From an uncultured Gemmatimonadaceae bacterium (GTDB lineage: Bacteria > Gemmatimonadota > Gemmatimonadetes > Gemmatimonadales > Gemmatimonadaceae): a stretch of DNA of 64,000 nt. The stretch spans positions 1-64,000 of the forward strand of contig CAWAGQ010000009.1 of NCBI GenBank assembly GCA_963781585.1, given 5' to 3'. Below the pieces are notes generated by a model, which had not been told where the DNA came from, searched no databases, and saw only the letters and a list, made by a program, of their open reading frames with translations. The translations under genes and the position numbers were made by a program. Shown here in pieces: positions 58,894 through 64,000 of the stretch (its first letter is position 1; each line of letters opens with the position of its first letter).

Positions 58894-60186
58894 TCATCCC
58901 GTCCCTTCCCTTCTCGACCAGAGAATGAGTCGCACGCCCCGCTGCCAGGTGAAGAACGCGTACGCCCACTGGAGCAGCACGCTGAGTCGGTTTCGGAAAC
59001 CCGCCAGGTACAGAATATGGACGAAGAGCCAGAGCAGCCATGCCGGGAGTCCGGTAACTCCGATCGGACCGAACTGGGCAAGGGCGCGGTAGCGGCCTAT
59101 CACGGCCAGGTCGCCCTTGTTCACGTAGTGGAACGGGCGCCTCGGCTGCCTCCTGATGTCGCGGATGATGTTGGCGGCGGCGGCGCGGCCCATCTGCATC
59201 GCGGCCGGCGCTACCGCCGGGACCGGCTTCCCGGACGGCTCCGTGACCATGGCCTGGTCGCCGACCACGAACACCTCGGCGTGTCCCGGCGCGCTGAGAT
59301 CCGGTGCCACCCGCACGTGACCAGACCGGTCGAGCGGTACTCCCAGGAGCGTGGATAGCGGCGAGGCTCGATTTCCAGCGGCCCAGAACACCGTACGGGC
59401 CGGAATCCGTTCATCACCCACGTGAACGAAGTCGCAGTCGAGGCCCGTCACCGCCGCATTCAGCCGAACATCCACGCCGAGCGCGGTGAGGTCCGCTACC
59501 GCCTGACGCGACAGCCGCTCCGAAAGCGCGGGTACGAGGCGCTTGCCAGCCTCGAGCAGGATGACGCGTGTGCTCGCAGTGTCGATGTGACGGAAATCGC
59601 GACGCAAGGCGCGTCGCACGATGCTCATGAGGATGCCGGCGAGTTCGACGCCGGTGGGCCCGCCGCCGACGATCACCAACGTCTGGAGGGCGGCGCGTTC
59701 GTCGTCGCTGGCGGCGCACTCGGCGCGTTCGAACGCCAGGAGGAAACGATTCCGGATCAGCAGGGCGTCCTCGACTGTCTTGAGGCCCGGTGCGCAGCGT
59801 TCCCAGTCGTCGTGCCCGAAGTACGCGTGGCGCGCGCCGGCCGCGAGGACGAGATAGTCGTACGAGAGCTCGTGCCCATCGTCGAGCGTAGCCGTGCGGC
59901 GATCGAGCGCCAGGCCGGCTACCGAGCCGAGTATGACCTGAGTGTTGCTCTGCTTGCGCAGCAGCCAGCGGATCGGGACGGCAATGTCGCTCGGTGCGAG
60001 GGCGGCGGTGGCCACCTGATAGAGCAGTGGCTGAAAGACGTGGTGATTGGAGCTGTCCACGAGGGTGATATCGGCCGGCGCGCGGCGCAGCGACCGGGCG
60101 GCGCAGATGCCGGCGAAGCCGCCGCCGATGATCAGGACGCGCGGACGCCGAGGGGCGCCGGATGGCGAGCCCGGGCCCGCGGTCAT
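58894..60186 (-). CDS. ndh: Type II NADH dehydrogenase-like FAD oxidoreductase
   Basis: GGGFAG, FQPLLYQVAT, GGGPTGVELAG, WAAG, FVVGD and AMQMG. Confidence 0.88.
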   Translation of the reverse strand: MTAGPGSPSGAPRRPRVLIIGGGFAGICAARSLRRAPADITLVDSSNHHVFQPLLYQVATAALAPSDIAVPIRWLLRKQSNTQVILGSVAGLALDRRTATLDDGHELSYDYLVLAAGARHAYFGHDDWERCAPGLKTVEDALLIRNRFLLAFERAECAASDDERAALQTLVIVGGGPTGVELAGILMSIVRRALRRDFRHIDTASTRVILLEAGKRLVPALSERLSRQAVADLTALGVDVRLNAAVTGLDCDFVHVGDERIPARTVFWAAGNRASPLSTLLGVPLDRSGHVRVAPDLSAPGHAEVFVVGDQAMVTEPSGKPVPAVAPAAMQMGRAAAANIIRDIRRQPRRPFHYVNKGDLAVIGRYRALAQFGPIGVTGLPAWLLWLFVHILYLAGFRNRLSVLLQWAYAFFTWQRGVRLILWSRREGTG

Positions 60187-61877
60187 GGTGTGCCCGACGT
60201 CGCGAGCCGACGATCCCTCCCCAGCGGGCTCACCGCGAGCCCGACGATCAGCACGGTCACCGCACCCACGACGTTATGCCACAGGAACGACACAGCCGGC
60301 GCCCCGAATGCGACGGTCGCGACGGTCGCCATTCCCGCCAGCAGGCCCACGAAGGCCCCCAGCGCCCGGGCCCTCGGGATCATCGCCAGCAGGAAGACGC
60401 CGAGGATCGATCCGTAGAAGAAGGATCCGAAGCGATTCACCACTTCGATCAGCGAGCCTAACGTGGCGGCGTAGGTGGCCACCACGCAGGCGAACAGGCC
60501 CCAGAACGCCGTCGCCATTCTGGAGACCCGCAGAAAATGCGCGTCCGATGCCACCGGCCGCACCCAGCGGCGATAGAAGTCCACGACCGTTGCCGTGCTC
60601 AGCGAATTCAGCTCGGCAGCGATGCTCGACATCGCTGCCGCCATCACGGCGGCGATGAACAGCCCGGCGAGACCAATGGGTAGCTCGGAGAGCACGAACC
60701 GGGGCATGATATAGTTCGCGTCGCTCGAGTGATCGCCGGTGACCCGGCCGGCCAGAGCCAGGGCGTCGGAGCGCACGGCGCGCACGGCGCTGTCGCCCCG
60801 GGCGAAGTCGGCGCGGGCCGCGACGACCCCGTCGCGGTCGGAGCGCGCGGTGATGGCGAGCTCGCGGGCGGCGCGTTCGCGCGCGGTGAAGGCGGACTGA
60901 TAGCGCGTCTCCAGCTGCTGGTAGGCCGGCGCATCCGCGTCCCGCACGCTCCGCTCGTGCGCGGGATTGAAGAACAAGGGCGGCGTCTGAAACAGGAAGT
61001 ACACGAACACCAGCACGCCGACCAGGAGCACCAGCGCCTGGAGCGGGATCTTCCAGTACGCGCTCATCAGGAGGGAGCTGCGCGCCTCATCCACCGACTT
61101 CGCCGTGAGGTAGCGTTGCACCTGGCTCTGATCCGTGCCGAAATACGAGAGCATGAGGAAGGTGCCGCCAATGACCCCCGACCAGACCGTGTACTGATTC
61201 GTGAGGTCGAACGAAAAATCAAATACGCGCAGACGGCCCGCCGAGCCCGCAAGGTGCAACGCGGCATCGGGACTGACTGGCAGCTTGATCAGCAACACCA
61301 CGACGATCGCGATCAGCGAACCCACGATGATCACCATCTGTTTCACGTCCGCCCAGGTCACCGCCTGGACGCCGCCGATCATGGTGTAGAGCACGGTTGG
61401 AACGCCCATCAGGGCCACCGACCAGCCGATGCTCCATCCGAATATCGCCGAGAATACCACGGCCGGCGCGGCAATGATCCCGCCGCACGACATCGCGCGC
61501 GAGACAAGGAAGAGGAAGGCCGTCAGCGAGCGGGTCGGTGCATCGAATCGTCGTTCGAGATACTCGTAGGCGGTGAAAACCCGGGCCCGGTGCAGCAGGG
61601 GCACCAGCGTCACCCCGAGGATGACCATGGCCAGCGGCAGTCCGAAGTAGAACTGCACGAAACGCATGCCGTCGGTGGCCCCCTGGCCGGTCGTGCCGAT
61701 CATGGTGACGGCGGACAGCTGCGTTGCCATGACCGACAGCCCCACCGCCCACCACGGCAGGCTGCGGTTGGCGAGGAAGTACCCTTCCAGCTCCTTCGTC
61801 CCCTTCGCCCGCCGGATGCCGTCGGTGACGACATAGACGAGGTAGCCGACGACGATCAGCCAGTTGAGCCAGTGCAT
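60183..61877 (-). CDS. Sodium:solute symporter (SSS) family protein
   Basis: YFLANRSLPWW, TAYEYLERRF, GGVQAVTWAD, GTDQSQVQRYL and AAMSS. Confidence 0.92.
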   Translation of the reverse strand: MHWLNWLIVVGYLVYVVTDGIRRAKGTKELEGYFLANRSLPWWAVGLSVMATQLSAVTMIGTTGQGATDGMRFVQFYFGLPLAMVILGVTLVPLLHRARVFTAYEYLERRFDAPTRSLTAFLFLVSRAMSCGGIIAAPAVVFSAIFGWSIGWSVALMGVPTVLYTMIGGVQAVTWADVKQMVIIVGSLIAIVVVLLIKLPVSPDAALHLAGSAGRLRVFDFSFDLTNQYTVWSGVIGGTFLMLSYFGTDQSQVQRYLTAKSVDEARSSLLMSAYWKIPLQALVLLVGVLVFVYFLFQTPPLFFNPAHERSVRDADAPAYQQLETRYQSAFTARERAARELAITARSDRDGVVAARADFARGDSAVRAVRSDALALAGRVTGDHSSDANYIMPRFVLSELPIGLAGLFIAAVMAAAMSSIAAELNSLSTATVVDFYRRWVRPVASDAHFLRVSRMATAFWGLFACVVATYAATLGSLIEVVNRFGSFFYGSILGVFLLAMIPRARALGAFVGLLAGMATVATVAFGAPAVSFLWHNVVGAVTVLIVGLAVSPLGRDRRLATSGTP

Positions 61878-61887
61878 GTGCGCGGCG

Positions 61888-62010
61888 TCAGCCGGAGTAG
61901 CGTGTCTGGAGCAGCCAGAGTGCGCACAGGGTGACGATCTGCACGCTCAGCACGGCCAGCAGGGTCCGGCGGAATCGCCGGCGCCCCGACTCGACGGGCT
62001 CGTCAGTCAT
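61888..62010 (-). CDS. 40-aa single-TM microprotein (below ORF-track cutoff)
   Basis: MTDEPVESGRRRFRRTLLAVLSVQIVTLCALWLLQTRYSG fills the gap between the PIG-L-like and SSS genes, with 10-nt spacers each side and GGGA upstream. Confidence 0.7.
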   Translation of the reverse strand: MTDEPVESGRRRFRRTLLAVLSVQIVTLCALWLLQTRYSG

Positions 62011-62020
62011 CGCCGCGTCC

Positions 62021-64000
62021 CTACTGCACCACCCGGTCCGCCTTCGCCGCCAGCAGATTCACGAACAGGCGCGCCGCGCCCGGCACGCCGTTAGGCAGCT
62101 GGCGGAAGAACGCGAGCGTGGTGTACACGAAGGTCCCCTTGCCGTAGGGAGCGACCAGGATCGCGCCCTTGTTGGGCGGTTCGCCGGGATCATTGACCTC
62201 GAGCATCGCGGCGTACTTGGGGTCGAACGTGCGCGGCATGTAGAGTGTCAGGTCCTGCTGCCAGCCCGTGAAGTCGGCGGTGGTGATCCGGTTGGGCGTG
62301 GTGAGCACCGGCGACGCGGGATCGACGATCCGCACCGGTGCGTCCTCGACGGTCACGCGATCGGCGGGGCGTGCGAGCGTGATGGGATACGGCAGGAGCG
62401 ACGGCATCTCGTACTGGCCGTACTGCACCACCGCCGTCCCCCCACCCTTCACGTAGTCGAGGAGGATCGGGTTGCCGGCCACGAGCGACGCATTGGCCTC
62501 GTAGGCCCGCGTACCGACGACAATCGCGCTGAACTTCGACAGATCGGTGCGCGAAAGCTGCGCCGGATCGAGCAGCGTGACGTTGATGCCGAGCTGTTCC
62601 AGCGTCGGCGCGACGTTGTCACCCACGCCGGCGATGTAGGCAATATGGAGATTGGCCGGCAACGCGAGATCCACTGCCTCCAGTTCCAGCGTCGACGGCC
62701 GGTAGAGCCGCTGCGTCCGAATGTGGTCGTACTCGATGGCGGTGTAGCCATCGGTGAACGTCTCGCCATTGCTGGTGGCGACCGCCTGGAGGTGGTGTCG
62801 TCCCACCGGCAGCCGTCCGTGCACGACGAAGGCGACCGTGCGCTCCGAGCCCGGTGTGGGAAGGGTCAGGTGGCGCACCACCGTGTCGGCCTGGAGTCCG
62901 TTCGGGAGTCGCAAGGTCACGTCGACGTCGCGCGACGCTGACGCCGCGGACGTCAGATGCACGCGGATGGTGCGCTGGAAGTTCGTGTTGGCCGGCGCGT
63001 ACTCCACTTCATGATCGAGGAGCAGGGTGATCGCGGGGGCGCCCGCCACCGGCCTGTCCATCTCGCCCCTGACCGGATCGGCGTGCCGGTAGACGACCGG
63101 CACCCAGAGCGTGAGCGGCGCGCTGTCAACCGCCAACTCCACCCGCACGCCGGCTGCGGCGGGGCGGCTGCTTTCCTCGACCCCGCGTACTTCGGGTGTG
63201 AACATCGAGCCCTGACGCGGCTGGACCAGCCACCAGGGCTGCGAGGTATCGCTCATGGCGTCGGTGGTGAGCCGGCGCGTCCACGTGCTGTCGGGGCCGA
63301 GCGTCGTCCAGGTCGGATGCTCAGCCGCGAGCGCGTGCCGCCCGATCGTGGCCCCGACGTCGCCGATCTGAACCGGCAGCTGGCCGCGGTCGTAGATCTC
63401 CACCGAGACCGGTACCTGTTCACCCACCCCCCAGACTTCGCGTGACGCCGTCGCTTCCACCGCCACTCCGGCGGCGATGGACAATGCCTGGCTGAGACGC
63501 GCGCGCGCGACGGCCACGCTGGTTGCGAGATCGGAATCGATCGTCACCCGGGTTCCCGGCATGGCGGCGGGATCCTGGCACAGCGCGGCGGACGCGCCGG
63601 CCGGAGCGCCACACACCGCGTCCAGAAGGCGGCTGATTCTCGCCATCGCGGGGAGCAGCTTCTCCGGGGCGAAGGCATCGAATCGCTCGCGTGCAGCGGC
63701 GAAAGCGGCCGGGAGCGAGTCGAGCGCGGCGCGTCCGGATGAGGTGCGCACCGTTGTGCGGAAGCGCGCCCAGGTGGTATCCACGCCGTCGAAAATCGAG
63801 CGCTCGATGAGGCCGTTGGCCGGCATTCCCGACCGCGCCTCCTCGAGCCGCAGCCCGTCGGTTCGCGCTCCCTTGCGCTGCAGCGAGCCGGTGGCCTGCG
63901 ACTTGTGCTGGGAGTGCGCGTCGTCGGCGATCTCTCCATACGAGCGCCCGAGCAGCGGATCGTACTCTCCCACATCGATGGAGAGGGTCGGCGGCTCTCC
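62021..64000 (-). CDS. Large LmbE/PIG-L-family protein, C-terminal part (5' end outside window)
   Basis: Frame open to 64000, with GEYDPLLGRSYGEIA..SQHKSQ, YDHIR, YIAGVGD, VVGTRAY, RVTVEDAPV and LAFFRQLPNGVPGAARLFVNLL. The deacetylase domain itself is not visible. Confidence 0.75.
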   Translation of the reverse strand, partial: GEPPTLSIDVGEYDPLLGRSYGEIADDAHSQHKSQATGSLQRKGARTDGLRLEEARSGMPANGLIERSIFDGVDTTWARFRTTVRTSSGRAALDSLPAAFAAARERFDAFAPEKLLPAMARISRLLDAVCGAPAGASAALCQDPAAMPGTRVTIDSDLATSVAVARARLSQALSIAAGVAVEATASREVWGVGEQVPVSVEIYDRGQLPVQIGDVGATIGRHALAAEHPTWTTLGPDSTWTRRLTTDAMSDTSQPWWLVQPRQGSMFTPEVRGVEESSRPAAAGVRVELAVDSAPLTLWVPVVYRHADPVRGEMDRPVAGAPAITLLLDHEVEYAPANTNFQRTIRVHLTSAASASRDVDVTLRLPNGLQADTVVRHLTLPTPGSERTVAFVVHGRLPVGRHHLQAVATSNGETFTDGYTAIEYDHIRTQRLYRPSTLELEAVDLALPANLHIAYIAGVGDNVAPTLEQLGINVTLLDPAQLSRTDLSKFSAIVVGTRAYEANASLVAGNPILLDYVKGGGTAVVQYGQYEMPSLLPYPITLARPADRVTVEDAPVRIVDPASPVLTTPNRITTADFTGWQQDLTLYMPRTFDPKYAAMLEVNDPGEPPNKGAILVAPYGKGTFVYTTLAFFRQLPNGVPGAARLFVNLLAAKADRVVQ

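Noticed and set aside
1..64000. Mobile elements, prophage or defence systems
   Set aside because: No transposase, integrase, phage, nuclease, reverse transcriptase or toxin-antitoxin motifs were recognised, and composition looks uniform.

Overview
A GC-rich (roughly two-thirds G+C), densely coding bacterial chromosome segment. Gene style suggests Gemmatimonadota (inference): plug-only TonB-like proteins, Big_2 lipoproteins, and Arg/Gly-rich inserts. About 55 genes are supported: an EF-G paralogue, a divergent rho, DUF1800/DUF1501, PBP1A, msrB, a two-component system with PepSY-TolC-MFP-RND efflux, tsdA divergent from a secreted rhodanese, nadB-nadA-nadC, a BMP-type nucleoside ABC transporter, and a partial PIG-L/SSS/NDH-2/DUF1080 run. 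I found no rRNA, tRNA, CRISPR array, integrase or transposase. The most notable observations are: (1) a clear fluoride riboswitch whose first regulated gene is an uncharacterised 153-aa protein ahead of fluC and DUF190; (2) a secreted PD40-propeller/tricorn-C1-like/gamma-glutamyltransferase fusion with a rewired substrate pocket, divergent from a PLP enzyme and an NSS transporter; (3) an EF-G paralogue with NKxD changed to SMMD and the catalytic His changed to Tyr; (4) heptamer repeats forming a chain of ATGA-coupled 5-residue minigenes that ends at the DUF1080 start; (5) two probable microproteins. All functional calls come from motif recognition by eye, and no database searches were run.
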